DNA of 64,000 nucleotides, taken from Squalus acanthias. Its lineage: Eukaryota. Every line of letters starts with the position of its first letter. Positions within the stretch are counted from its first letter, which is position 1. Shown piece by piece: positions 37,569 through 49,830 of the stretch. The notes beneath the pieces were generated by a model. The model made no database searches, was not told the DNA's origin, and saw only the letters and a list, made by a program, of their open reading frames with translations. Where the stretch lies: the NCBI GenBank assembly GCA_030390025.1, contig CM059432.1, forward strand, positions 141,424,001 through 141,488,000, read 5' to 3'. A program made the translations under genes and the position numbers.

Positions 37569-40500
37569 GGAACGGTAGTGCAGTGGTTATGTTACTGGAC
37601 GAGCAATCCAGAGGCCTGGACTAATGATCCCACCACGGCAGCTGGGGAATTTAAATTCAGTTAATTAAATAAAACTCTGGAATACAAAGCTAGTATCAGT
37701 AATGGTGACCATGAAACAACTGGATTGTCGTAAAAACCCATCTGGTTCACTAATGTCCTTTAGGGAAGGAAATCTGCCGTCCTTACCTGGTCTGGCCTAT
37801 ATGTGATCCAGACCCACAGCAATGTGGTTGACTCTTAACTGCCCTCTGAAATGGCCCAGCAAGCCATTCAGTTATACACAACCGCTACAAAAAATAATAA
37901 TGAGAATAAAACCAGACGGACCACCCGGCATCGACCTCGGCACTCCCTTCGGACAACAATGGCACACCCAACCCAGTCAACATTGCAAACTCCTACTCAC
38001 TAACATCTGGGGACTTGTGCCAAAATTGGGAGAGCTGTCCCACAGACTAGTCAAGCAACAGCCTGACACAGTCATACTCACAGAATCATACCTTTCAGCC
38101 AATGTCCCAGATTCCTGCATCACCATCCCTGGGTATGTCCAGTCCCACTGGCAGGACAGACCCACCAGGGGTGGCGGTACTGTGGTATACAGTCGGGAGG
38201 GAGTGGCCCTGGGAGTCCTCAACATTGACTCCGGACCCCATGAAGTCTCATGGCTTCAGGTCAAGCATGGGCAAGGAAACCGCCTGCTGATTACCACCTA
38301 CCGCCCTCCCTCAGCTGATGAATCAGTACTCCTCCATGTTGAACACCACTTGGAAGAGGCACTGAGGGTAGCAAGAGCACAGAATGTACTCTGGGTGGTG
38401 GACTTCAATGTCCATCACCAATAGTTGCTCAGTAGCACCACTACTGACTGAGCTGGGCAAGTCCTGAAGGGCATAGCTGCCAGTCTGGGCCTGCGACAGG
38501 TGGTGAGAGAACCAACATGAGGGAAAAACCTACTTGACCTCGTCCTCACCAATCTACCTGTCGCAGATGCACCTGTCCATGACAGTATTGGTAGCAGTGA
38601 CCCCGGCACAGTTATTGTAGAGACGAAGTCCCATCTTCACACTGAGCACACCCTCCATCGTGTTGTGTGGCACTACCACCGTGCTAAATGGGATAGATTC
38701 AGAACAGATCTAGCAGCTCAAAACTGGGCATCCATGAGGCGCTGTGAGCCATTAGCAGCAGTAGAATTACATTCCACCACAATCTGTAACCTCATGGCCC
38801 GGCATATCCCTCACTCTACCACTACCATCAAGCCAGGGGACCAACCCTGGTTCAATAAGGAGTGCAGAAGAGCATGCCAGGAGCAGCACCAGGCGTACCT
38901 AAAAATGAGGTGCCAACCTGGGGAAGCTGCAACACAGGACTACATGCATGCTAAACAGCGGAAGCAGCATGCTATAGACAGAGCTAAGTGATCCCACACT
39001 CAACGGATCAGATCAAAGCTCTGCAGTCCTGCCACATCCAGTCGTGAATGGTGGTGGACCATTAAACAACTAACGGGAGGAGGAGGCTCCATGAATATCC
39101 CCATCCTCAATGATGATGAAGCCTAGCACGTGAGTGCAAAAGACAAGGCTGAAGTGTTTGCAATCATCTTCAGCCAGAAGTGCCGAGTGGATGATCCATA
39201 TCGGCCTCCTCTTGAGGTCCCCACCATCACAGAAACCAGTCTTCAGCCAATTCGATTCACTCCACATGATATCAAGAAATGGCTGAGCGCACTGGATACA
39301 GCAAAGGCTATGGGCCCCGACAACATCCCGGCTATCGTGCTGAAGACTTGTGCTCCAGAACTAGCCGCGCCTCTAGCCAAGCTGTTCCAGTACAGCTACA
39401 ACACTGGCATCTATCTGACAATGTGGAAAACTGCCCAGGTATGTCCTGTCCTTAAAAAGCAGGACAAATCCAATCCGGCCAATTACCGTTCCATCAGTCT
39501 ACTCTCAATCATCAGCAAAGTGATGGAAGGTGTCATCGACAGTGCTATCAAGCGGCACTTACTCACTAATAATCTGCTCACCGATGCTCAGTTTGAGTTC
39601 CACCAAGACCACTCGGCTCCAGATCTCATTACAGCCTTGGTCCAAACATGGACAAAAGAGCTGAATTCCAGAGGTGAGGTGAAAGTGACTGCCCTTGACA
39701 TCAAGGCAGCATTTGACTGAGTGTGACATCAAGGAGCCCTAGTAAAATTGAAGTCAATGGAAATCAGGGGAAAGACTCTCCACTGGCTGGAGTCATACCT
39801 AGCACAAAGGAAGATGGTTATAGTTGTTGGAGGTCAATCATCTCAGCCCCAGGACATCGCTGCAGGAGTTCCTCAGGGCAGTGTCCTAGGCCCAACCATC
39901 TTCAGCTGCTTCATCAATGACCTTCCCTCCAACATAAGGTCAGAAGTAGGGATGTTCTCTGGTGATTGCACAGTGTTCAGTTCCATTCGCAACTCCTCAG
40001 ATAATGAAGCAGTCCATGCCCGAATGCAGCAAGACCTGGACAACATTCAGGCTTGGGCTGATAAGTGGCAAGTAACATTCGCGCCACACAAGTGCCAGGC
40101 AATGACTATCTCCAACAAGCGAGAGTCTAACCACCACCCCTTGACATTCAACAGCATTACCATTGCCAAATCCCCTACCATCAACATCCTGGGGGTCACC
40201 ATTGACCAGAAACTTAACTGGACCAGCCACATAAATACTGTGGCAACAAGAGCAGGTCAGAGGCTGGGTATTCTGCGGTGAGTGTCTCACCTCCTGACTC
40301 CCCAAAGCCTTTCCACCATCTACAAGGCACAGGTCAAGATTGTGATGGAATACTCTCCACTTGCCTGGATGAGTGCAGCTCCAACAACACTCAAGAAGCT
40401 CGACACCGTCCAGGACAAAGCAGCCCGCTTGAGCGGTACCCCATCCACCACCTTAAACATTCACTCCCTCCACCACCAGCGCACCGTGGCTGCAGTGTGT

Positions 40501-40860
40501 ACCATCTACAAGATGCACTGCAGCAACTCGCCAAGGCTTCTTCGGCAGCACCTCCCAAACCCGCGACCTCTTCCACTTAGAAGGACAAGGGCAGCAGGCG
40601 CATGGGAACACCACCACCTGCAAGTTCCCCTCCAAGTTACACACCATCCTGACTTGGAAATATATCGCCGTTCCTTCATCGTCGCTGGGTCAAAATCCTG
40701 GAACTCCCTCGCTAACAGCACTGTGGGAGTACCTTCACTACATGGACTGCAGCGGTTCAAGAAGGCAGCTCACCACCACCTTCTCAAGGGCAACTATGGA
40801 TGGGCAATAAATGCTGGCCTTGCCAGTGACGCCCACATCCCATGAACAAATAAAAAAATA
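37569..40860 (+). mobile_element. Apparently full-length APE-RT LINE (CR1/L2-group-like) with a tRNA-like 5' head and a single ORF
   Basis: Endonuclease motifs TNIWGL, ILTESYL, DFNVHH; RT motifs ALDIKAAFD, GVPQGSVLGP; AATAAA plus A-rich tail; exact clade not determined. Confidence 0.9.
37822..40845 (+). pseudogene. Endonuclease-reverse transcriptase ORF broken by nonsense codons
   Basis: ORF pieces at 37822, 38665, 39130, 39748 and 40282 share one frame; catalytic motif reads FSGD; true start uncertain. Confidence 0.88.
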
Positions 40861-40957
40861 GCACGTGCAGAGAAATAGCCCCATCTGCTGGTTATAAATG
40901 ATAATGCTCAGGGGAAAAATACTTTTTACATTCTCTAGAAAACAATGGGCTTCTTTT

Positions 40958-41290
40958 ACATAAGAAATAAGAGCAGGAGTAGGTCATACGGCCCCTCAAG
41001 CCTGCTCCGCCATTCAATACGATCATGGCTGATCATCGACCTCAACTCCACTTTCCCACCCGATCTCCATATCCCTTGATTCCCCTAGAGTCCAAAAATC
41101 TATTTATCTCAGCCTTGAATATACTCAAAGACTGAGCATTCACAGCCCTCTGGGGCAGAGAATTCCAAAGATTCACAACCCTCTGAGTGAAGAAATTCCT
41201 CCTCATCTCAGTCTTAAATGGCCTCCCTGAGACTATGCCCCCGAGTTCTAGACACTCCAGCCAGGGGAAACAACCTCTCAGCATCTATTT
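40958..41290 (-). mobile_element. CR1 3' fragment
   Basis: Translates as RRNFFTQRVVNLWNSLPQRAV. Confidence 0.88.
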
Positions 41291-41393
41291 TCCTCGATAT
41301 GGTTACACTATTTAACAATCAAAAATGTTCTGCAGCCTTCTTTAGAACGTATTGTTCCTGTCACCTTCACACTCACACATTTACATACTCACG

Positions 41394-41785
41394 TAACAAC
41401 AACAACTTGCATTTATATAGTGCCTTTAACATAGTAAAACATCCCAAGGTGCTTCACAGGAGCATTACCAAATAAAATTTGACTCTGAGCCACAGGAGGA
41501 GAGGTTTAGGGATGGAATTCAGGGTTTAGGGCCTAAACAGCTGAAAAACAAGGCTGCCAATGGTGGAGCGATTAAAATCAGGGATGCGCAAGAGGCCAGA
41601 ATTGGAGGAGCGCAGATATCTCGGAGGGGGTTGTGGGGCTGGAGGGGATTACAGGGATAGGGAGGGGGTGAGGTCATGGAGGGATTTGAAAACAAGGATG
41701 GGAATTTTAAAATTGAGTCATTGCCGGACTGGGAGCCATTGTAGGTCGATGAGCACAGAGGGTGATGGGTGAACGGGACTTGGCG
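41394..41785 (-). mobile_element. L2 3' fragment, followed by a (CA)/RY-alternating tract at 41786-41882
   Basis: (AAC)n tail and similarity to 26225 and 35845. Confidence 0.82.
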
Positions 41786-41989
41786 CGCATGCACACGTGC
41801 ACGCATTCAAACACACATACACATATGTGCACACATGCTCACGTGTGCACATTTACAGGTGTACACATACAAACACACACTCACCATCCGACACAGTACA
41901 GCAACTTTAAAAGCGATTTCACTTTGCATGCCATGACACAACTGCTGTGAGCTTAGGCATAAAGATAGCTGATTTCTGATCTGCAGCTG

Positions 41990-42935
41990 TCATCAAGTTT
42001 GCAGACGACACAAAGCTGGGTGGGAGTGTGTGCTGCGAGGAGGATGCCGAGAAACTCCAGGATGATCTGGACAGGTTGGGTGATTGGGCAGAAGCGTGGC
42101 AGATGCAATATAATGTGGATAAGTGCGAGGTTATCCACTTTGGTGTCAAAAACAGAAAGGCAGACTATTATCTGAATGGCAATAGATTGGGAGAAGGGGA
42201 AGTGCAACGAGACCTGGGTGTCCTTGTGCACCAGTCGCTGAAGGTAAGCATGCAGGTGCAGCAGGCGGTGAAGAAGGCAAATGGTATGTTGGCCTTCATA
42301 GCGAGAGGGTTTGAGTACAGGAACAAGGATGTCTTGCTGCAGTTGTACAGGGCCTTGGTGAGACCACACCTTGAGTACTGTGTGCAGTTTTGGTCGTCTT
42401 ATCTGAGGAAGAATGTTCTTGCCATGGAAGGAGTTCAGCGAAGATTCACAAAGCTGATACCTGGGATGGGAGGAATGACGTATGAAGAGAGATTGGGTCG
42501 ATTGGGCTTATACTCACTGGAGTTTAGAAGAATGAGAGGGGATCTCATTGAAACTTATAAAATTCTGACAGGACAGGACAAACTAGATGCAGGAAGGATG
42601 TTCCCGATGGTCGGGGAGTCCAGAACCAGGGGTCACAGTCTAAGGATAAGGGGTAAGCCATTTAGGACTGAGACGAGGAGGAATTTCTTCACCCAGAGAG
42701 TGGTGAACCTGTGGAATTCTCTGCCACAGAAGGCAGTTGAGGCCAATTCATTAAATAGATTCAAGAAGGAGTTAGATATATTTCTTAAGGCTAAGGGGAT
42801 CAAGGGATATGGGGAGAAAGCAGGGACAGGGTACTGAATTTGGATGATCAGCCATGATCTCATTAAATGGCGGAGCAGGCTCGAGGGGCCGAATGGCCTA
42901 CTCCTGTTCCTATCTTCTATGATTCTATGATTCTT
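41990..42935 (+). mobile_element. 5'-truncated CR1 with an uninterrupted RT C-terminal ORF ending at 42837
   Basis: KFADDTKL...RPHLEYCVQFW...RRMRGDLIE; (TTCTATGA)n tail; no stops, so relatively young. Confidence 0.93.
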
Positions 42936-43022
42936 ATTTAACTTCCTTTACTCAAGAGACTTTAGACCTGATTAAAGGCCGCTGAGGTCTGGTTGCCCAG
43001 CCCCAAGTTTCTTTGCTTTTCT

Positions 43023-43318
43023 CAACAACAACAACTTGCATTTATATAGCGACTGAAATGTAGTAAACTGTAACAAGGCGCTTCACAGGAGCGCTATCGA
43101 ACAAAATTTGACTCCGAGCCTCATAAGGAGATATTAGGGCAGGTGACCAAAAGCTTGGACAAAGAGGTCGGTTTTAAGGAGCGTCTTAAAGGAGGAGAGA
43201 GAGGTAGCGAGGCGGAGAGGTTTAGGGAGGGAATTCCAGAGCTTAGGGCCTCAGACAGCTGAAGGCACGGCCGCCAAATGGTGGTGCGATGGAAATCGGG
43301 GATGCACAAGAAGAGGCC
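43023..43318 (-). mobile_element. L2 3' fragment
   Basis: (AAC)n tail; matches the other L2 copies. Confidence 0.82.
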
Positions 43319-43454
43319 ATAAGAACATAAGAAACAGGAGCAGGAGTAGGCCATTCGGCCCCTTGAGCCTGCTCCGCCATTCAATAAGATCATGGCTGAA
43401 CTTCTGCATTAACTCCACTTTCCTGCCCAATCCCCAGATCCCTTTATTCCCTTA

Positions 43455-45752
43455 GGGCTAGAAATTGGGTTCCTTTGCGCCTCCGGGCGCGGCCATATCA
43501 ACGCCTCCCTCTAAATTCGGCGGGAGGTTTGCAGCGGCGGTAAGACGTTGCGCCCTGATCTCCTGCGCCCGGAGATCGTGACGTCACTGCCGTGCGCAGC
43601 GCCCTGGTTGCGCCCCGGATGAAAGATTCCCTCTCGCCCCCAATGCTTGTGCGCCTGCCGTTAACAGCGACAGGTAGGGGAGGCGGCTTCCAGTCGGAGG
43701 TCCCCTGGAGGAGCGCTATTTAAAGGCGTCCACTTCCGGTGTCGTTTTTATCGGCCAACAATGCTGCATTGTTAGTTTCACATGGGCAAAGAGGCCTTTT
43801 GACCGATTTCAGCGTTTTGCGTTTTATCGAGTGTTGTGGCACGTAAAGATTTTTGAGTTTCATTGAGGGGAGATTTGAGAGTGCAATATTTGTATCCTTT
43901 CATGAAGGCTGTACTGGCACTGGACCTCGCCCTCCAGCATCAACGTCGGAGGCAACTGAGGCACAGAGAAAGAGTTCAAAATGTGGCCAGAGATAGGAGG
44001 GCCAACAGGGCGCTCGACAGGAGGCCTTACCCACCCAGGGTATTCCGGCAGCAGTTCTCCTGCATGAATTTCACTGAGGACCAGTGTGTTAGAAAACTCC
44101 GTTTCAGCAAGGAGCTGGTCACAGAGCTCTGCCACCTCCTGCAGCCAGACCTCGAGCCTCAGATCAGGACCACCACGGCTCTCTCAGTGGCTGTCAAGAT
44201 CACCGTCGCCCTCAATTTCTACGCCAGCGGATCATTCCAGTGTACGACAGGCGACATCTCCAACATCTCCCAGTTTGCTGTCCATTGCTGCATCCGCCAG
44301 GTCTCAGATGCTCTGTACAGAAGGAGAAGGGACTACATTTCCTTCCCCATGACCAGAGAGAAGCAGGACGAGCGTGCATGTGGCTTTGCCAGGATAGCGG
44401 GCTTCCTCATGGTGCAGGGCGCCATTGACTGCACCCACGTCGCTTTGCGGTCACCTCATAACAATCCTGAGGTATTCCGTAACCACAAAGGCTACCACTC
44501 ACTTAATGTGCAGTTGGTGTGCGACCACACACAGCGAATCCTGACCATCAATGCCCGCTCTCCTGGCAGCAAGCCACGATGTCTTTATCCTGCGCCAGAC
44601 CGGTGTGCCATATCCATTCCAGCCACCACATGAAGCTCGCGGCTGGCTGCTGGGAGACAAGGGCTATCCGCTCTCCACCTGGCTCATGATTCCCCTCCGT
44701 AACCCCAGCACTCCTGCCCAGCACTCATATAATGAGAGCCATGCTTCCACCAGGAACATCATTGAGCAGACCATCGGGGTGCTCAAGCAACGGTTCCGCT
44801 GCCTTGACCGCTCGGGAGGAGCCCTCCAGTACTTGGTTGAGCGGGCGTCCCTTTTCGTCGTCGTCTGCTGCATGCTGCACAACTTGGCCATTATGAGGGC
44901 ACAGCCATTGCCACCAGGCATAGCCGCACCACCTCAGGAGGAGGAGGAGGACAAGGAGGAGAAGCAGGAGGAGGAGGAAGAAGAGGAGCAGGAGGAACAG
45001 GAGGACGAACAGCAGCGACGGAGGAAGCAGCCGCTGAATCGGCGTTCTGCAAGGTCGGTCCGTGACCGCCTCATCAGACTTTGAATCCTCTTTGCGGTTG
45101 CTGAGCACGTCGCCATCATTCCATCACTTTGTGATTCCACACCACACCCCAGAACTGAAATGAGACACTGCACCAAATCTGCAACATTCCAGTAATAAAT
45201 TTATCAAAAACCATTAACCACATATAATACAACAACAATATTGACTAATCACCCTTGTGCAAACCCTCTTTACAGTGCCTTTTCCTAATCTAGCGCTCCT
45301 ACATAGTGTCTCCCCAGTGGCTGCAGCAGGGTTGGTGGAAGGTTGCGGAGTGTGGGTGCCACAGACTACAGATGGCCTTGCAGGACGCCCTCAACCAGCT
45401 CTGTCCCTGGGAGTGGGAACAGCCATAGCCATCAGGGGATTCAGTTGCTCGCAGGTCGCCTCAAAGCCGGCAATGCTGAAAATGAGCATCTGCACAATGA
45501 TGCAACCTCCCCTTTAAGAGCTAGAAGGAACCAGTGTGAAGGATCATTCCCGATTGCATTGCACCTGAAATTCATTAGCGCTCTGCTGGTAGCGCCCCAC
45601 TGAGGTCATTAGCGCTTGATTTAGCGCCCCACTTCCTTCCTGGGGCGCTAACACCCAATTTAGTAGAAGTTCAGATTCCTTAGCACCTGCGCTAAATTTT
45701 CAAAATTTCAAAAGTTAGCACCCCAAACGGGCCGATACCCAATTTCACCCTC
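43455..45752 (+). mobile_element. PIF/Harbinger DNA transposon, defective
   Basis: TTA then GGGCTAGAAATTGGG at the left end; CCCAATTTCACCC at the right end; contains a transposase. Confidence 0.85.
43901..45084 (+). pseudogene. Harbinger (HARBI1-family) DDE transposase with one frameshift near 44570
   Basis: [49 protein letters not shown] motifs; acidic C-terminal tail; start codon uncertain. Confidence 0.92.
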
Positions 45753-46185
45753 TTTGACCCCTAGTTCTAGACTCCCCAGCCAGGGGAAACAGCCTCTCAG
45801 CATCTACCCTGTCAAGCCCTCTAAGAATTTTATGTGTTTCAATGAGATCACCTCTCATTCTTCTGAACTCCAGAGAGTATAGGCCAGAGTTAGAGGAGCG
45901 CAGAGTCAATGAGCAATGCTAGGGTGTAATTCCAGTACCTTACTTAAGTTTTGACAGCGAGTGAGAACAGGCTATTCAACTGTGAGAAACATCACAACCG
46001 GATCCAATCCCATCCTCCCAATGATATCCACACACATTACCAGCAGGAATCACTGGATGGTGATCAGGAGCAGTAGCCCAGGCTGATTCCCACCCCTACC
46101 CCCCTACACTAGCCCAGGGGTGACAAGAGCTATTGTAGCATCTGTACCCCCCACATTCCATTGTCAAATGGACAAGAGGAAAAAG

Positions 46186-47389
46186 CACAATTGAGGTGGA
46201 ATTTTTTTCTTCCCCCTCGTACATTTTGGGGTAGAAATTAGGTCGCGCCCCATTTGGGGCAGAAATATCGTCTGGACGCAAATATTAGCGCCTGGCGCTA
46301 ATTATCGGCACTGACTGGAAACTTCACTTTTACCGCCCCGGGAGGTGAGTGGAGCGCTAAATCAGGCGCTGCACACCTGTCTTAAGGCGCAAAGGCCAAG
46401 GAGTGAGGCGCTAACTCAGAGCGCTGGCGAAGCTCATGTAATGTCAGTCAGCACTGGAACACACACACAATGGCACGGGCCAGTTCTTAAAGGGGATGGT
46501 TAATCTTGCTTTCCATCCACATCCTGTTCATTGCAGCCTTGAATCTCGGCCTGGAGAGACTTGCACATCAAATGTGCTGGAAAGAACAATGGAGAGTACC
46601 AGGCAAAGAGCTCAGAGTGCAGCTCCCACAGCCTCTGCTAAATCGATACAAGGAATGGCAAATCAAAATGAACCTGCAAAGTGCTGCTCAGTACCCAAAA
46701 CTCCTTCACACAACGTTGAATCTCTCCAGAAGTCTCTCCCTCTCTCTCTCAGAATGCGTAGTTCAAAAATGGCACCAACAATAAAAGACAGGAAGAGGCC
46801 CCCTTTAAATAGCGCCCCCCCCCAGCCCCACAGCGATTGATAGCGTTCCAGTCTTCTGGTCGTTGGATACGCCAGGCGGTAAGGCGGGGGGCGCCACTCA
46901 ATTTCCGCTCCGGGGCGCCACAAGGGCGTTGCACCATGGAATGACGTCACAATCTGCGCGTGCAGGTGGTCGCAGCGGTAAAGTTTAGCGCCGCCGCACA
47001 ATGTCAAGTTAAGTTCCCGAGCGGCGCAAACATCGCTGCGCCCAGGCGTTAGCGGCTTTGCGCCCCATTAGTGCCCTCTTAAGGCGCTAACGGGAGGCGC
47101 AACCAACTGAATTTTTACCCCTTTGTGTTTAATTTTTTTTGCGTTTATTTTTTACAACTTCTCCCAGTGAGGGGAGTTCCAGCCTGGACTGGTAACATTC
47201 CGCAGGCTTTGTAATGGGGAGCAACAAATTGGACAGCCTGACTTAGAAGAGGAGTTCTTGGAGCAACGGCAAAGCTACCAGTCCAGCCTGGAACTCCCGT
47301 CACTGGGAGAAGTTGTAAAAAAAACAAAACCGCAAAAAAATTAAACACAAAATGTACCAGGGGGAAAAAAAAATTCCACCTCAATTGTG
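46186..47389. mobile_element. Long-inverted-repeat (foldback) MITE, ~310 bp when the nested MITE is removed
   Basis: Left arm 46186-46227 plus 47125-47194 is the imperfect reverse complement of 47276-47389; ~81-bp spacer. Confidence 0.75.
46228..47121. mobile_element. Non-autonomous Harbinger element (MITE)
   Basis: TIRs GGGGTAGAAATT / AATTTTTACCCC, TTT 3-bp duplication, GCGC-rich subtermini. Confidence 0.85.
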
Positions 47390-48282
47390 TCAGCTGTGGC
47401 TCAGTGGGTAGCACACTCGCCTCTGAGTCAGAAGGTTGTGGGTTCCATGAGACTTGAGCACATAAAGCTAGGCTGACACCGCTGAGGGAGTGCTGCACTG
47501 TCGGAGGTGCCGTCTTTCGGATGAGACGTTAAACCGAGGCCCCGTCTGCTCTCTCAGGTGGGCGTAAAAGATCCCACGTCCACTATTTCGAAGAAGAGCA
47601 GGGGAGTTCTCCCCGGTGTCCTGGCCAATCAACATAACAAAAAACAGATGATCTGGTCATTATCACATTGCTGTTTGTGGGAGCTTGCTGTGTGCAAATT
47701 GGCTGCCGCGTTTCCCACATTCTTCTTCTTAGGCAGTCCCTCGGAACCGAGGATGACTTGCTTCCACACTAAAAATGAGTTCTCAGGTGACTGATGAGTC
47801 CGATGCGGGACCTACAGTCTCTGTCACAGGTGGGGCAGACGGTGGTTGAAGGGGCGGGTGGGTGGGGTGCTTGGGTTGACGTGCGCTTGGCTTCCGCTTG
47901 CTCCCGATGAAGAGTCTCGAGGTGTTCGGCACCTTCCCGGATGCTTCTCCTCCACTTTGTGTGGTCTTGGGCCAGGGATTCCCAGGTGTCGGTGGGGATG
48001 CTGCACTTTTTCAAGGAGGCTTTGAGGGTGTCCTTGAAGCGTTTCCTCTGCCCACCTGGGGCTCGCTTGCCGTGTCGGAGCTCCGAGTAGAGCGCTTGCT
48101 TTGGGAGTCTCGTATCGGGCATGCGGACGATGTGGCCTGTCCATCGGAGCTGATCGAACGTGGTCAAAGCTTACAACATTACAGCAGTGGCTACACTCCA
48201 AAAAAGTACTTCATTGGCTGTAAAGCGCTTTGAGACGTCCGGTGGTCGTGAAAGGCGCTATAGAAATGCAAGTCTTTCTTTT
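47388..48282 (+). mobile_element. Full-length tRNA-head Deu-domain SINE interrupted by RTE
   Basis: A-box TGGCTCAGTGG, partial B-box GGTTC, Deu core, L2-like tail. Confidence 0.85.
47720..48170 (-). mobile_element. RTE LINE 3' fragment
   Basis: QLRWTGHIVRMPDTRLPKQALYSEL...CPTCDRDC...HLRTH; (AAG)n tail. Confidence 0.9.
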
Positions 48283-48840
48283 TAGCTCTCTCAAAGCGCC
48301 GAGCACAGGCATGATGGGCCGAATAGCCTCCTTCTGTGCTTTATTGTTCTGCGATTCTAACTCCACTTGAAACCAATTCTTACTCCGTTCCGGATGATCA
48401 ACAAAGGGAAAGACTACAAGCAAAATAATACGTGAGCTGCTGTACTGAACATGTGCCACCAGGTGTTGCTATTGGACTTTGCAAAAGTTGACGGCTATAA
48501 GATTAGTTTTCACAAATTTGCAAAGCCAGGAAGGAGCAAGAATTTATAAAATCTACCCTGTGAATTTCCTCTTGCAGAGAAAGAGTTAGTGACCCTAATT
48601 GTCCTTTTTGTTCGTCGCCACGAGTCCCAAACAAAAACGTGCGCAGTTTTCCGCTGGGTAATTCCATGAACTGCCTGCCGTGTGTTCCCTACACTCCGTT
48701 TCTTTCTGAAACCTTAAAACACCAGGCTAGAGATTACTGTTGGTGATGACAGCTGCCGGTGGCTGAACCTGTTTGTGTGACGTTCTTCGATCCTCTACCT
48801 TAATAGGAGACGTTAATCCATATTAAATAAATGGGTCAGC

Positions 48841-49062
48841 GGCCTAGAAATTGGATCGCATGCCGGCCGCGTATTCTGGCGTGAGGCGCACACGCGCCGT
48901 ATCCGCGCCGTGAGAGCGCCGCATGCCAAATTGGTTAGGGCCCCTCTAGCTTTAAGCCCGTTGCCTGCACCCTTTTCAGGCCCATTTGGGAAACTGAATT
49001 GCAACTGACCGCGGCACGTCGATTGCGGAGAATCCCTGAAACACGGCGACCAAATTTGCCCA
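48841..49062. mobile_element. Harbinger-like MITE remnant
   Basis: Starts GGCCTAGAAATTGG, like the 43455 TIR; CpG-rich. Confidence 0.5.
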
Positions 49063-49088
49063 GAGAGTGACGGGTTGTGTTACTTATT

Positions 49089-49830
49089 ACATAGAATGTA
49101 CAGCACAGAAACAAGCCATTTGCTACCCAACTGGTCCATGCCGGTGTTTATGCTCCACATGAGCCTCCTCCCACCCCTCTTCATTCCACCCTATCAGCAT
49201 ATCCTTCTATTCCTTTCTCCCCATGTGCTTATCCAGCTTCCTCTTAAGTGCATCTATGCTAGTCGCTTCAACTACTCCATGTAGTTCCACATTCTAACCA
49301 CTCTCTGGGTAAAGGAGTTCCTCCTGAATTATTTATTGGATTTATTAGTGACTATCTTCTATTTATGGCCCCTAGTTCTGGTCTCCCCCGCAAGTGGAGA
49401 CATCATCTCTACGTCTACCGTAGTGGGTATAGTCTCAGGATAAGATGCTGGCCTTTTAAAACTGAGATGAGGAGGAATTTCTTCACTCAGAGGGTTGTGA
49501 ATCTTTGGAATTCTCTGCCCCAGAGGGCTGTGAATGCTGAGTCTTTGAGTATATTCAAGGCTGAGATCGATAGATTTTTGGACTCTAGGGGAACCAAGGG
49601 ATATGGGGATCGGGCAGGAAAGTGGAGTTGAGGCCAAAGATCAGCCATGATCTTATTGAATGGCGGAGCAGGCTCGAGGGGCCGTGTGGCCGACTCCTGC
49701 TCCTAATTCTTAGGTTCTTATGTTTCTTATCAAACCCTTTCGTAATCTTAAAGACTTCTATCAGGTCACTTCAGTTTTCTCTTCGTTAGAGAAAAGAACC
49801 CCAGCCTTTCCTGATAGGTATAACCTCTCA
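49089..49830. mobile_element. Minus-strand CR1 fragment with a plus-strand CR1 3' end nested at ~49421-49722
   Basis: Minus copy stops at CTACGTCTACC and resumes at TATCAAACCC. Confidence 0.78.

Larger units (their letters stand above)
43319..45885 (-). mobile_element. CR1 3' fragment (43319-43454 and ~45755-45885) split by the Harbinger element
   Basis: Both pieces are collinear with the 40958-41290 copy, with ~130 bp missing at the junction. Confidence 0.75.

Noticed and set aside
43863..45084. Domesticated HARBI1 gene
   Set aside because: Frameshifted, flanked by TIRs and inserted in a CR1 copy, so it is a transposon copy.
47388..47450. tRNA gene
   Set aside because: It is a SINE head with an incomplete T-arm and no acceptor stem or terminator, and it continues into the Deu domain.
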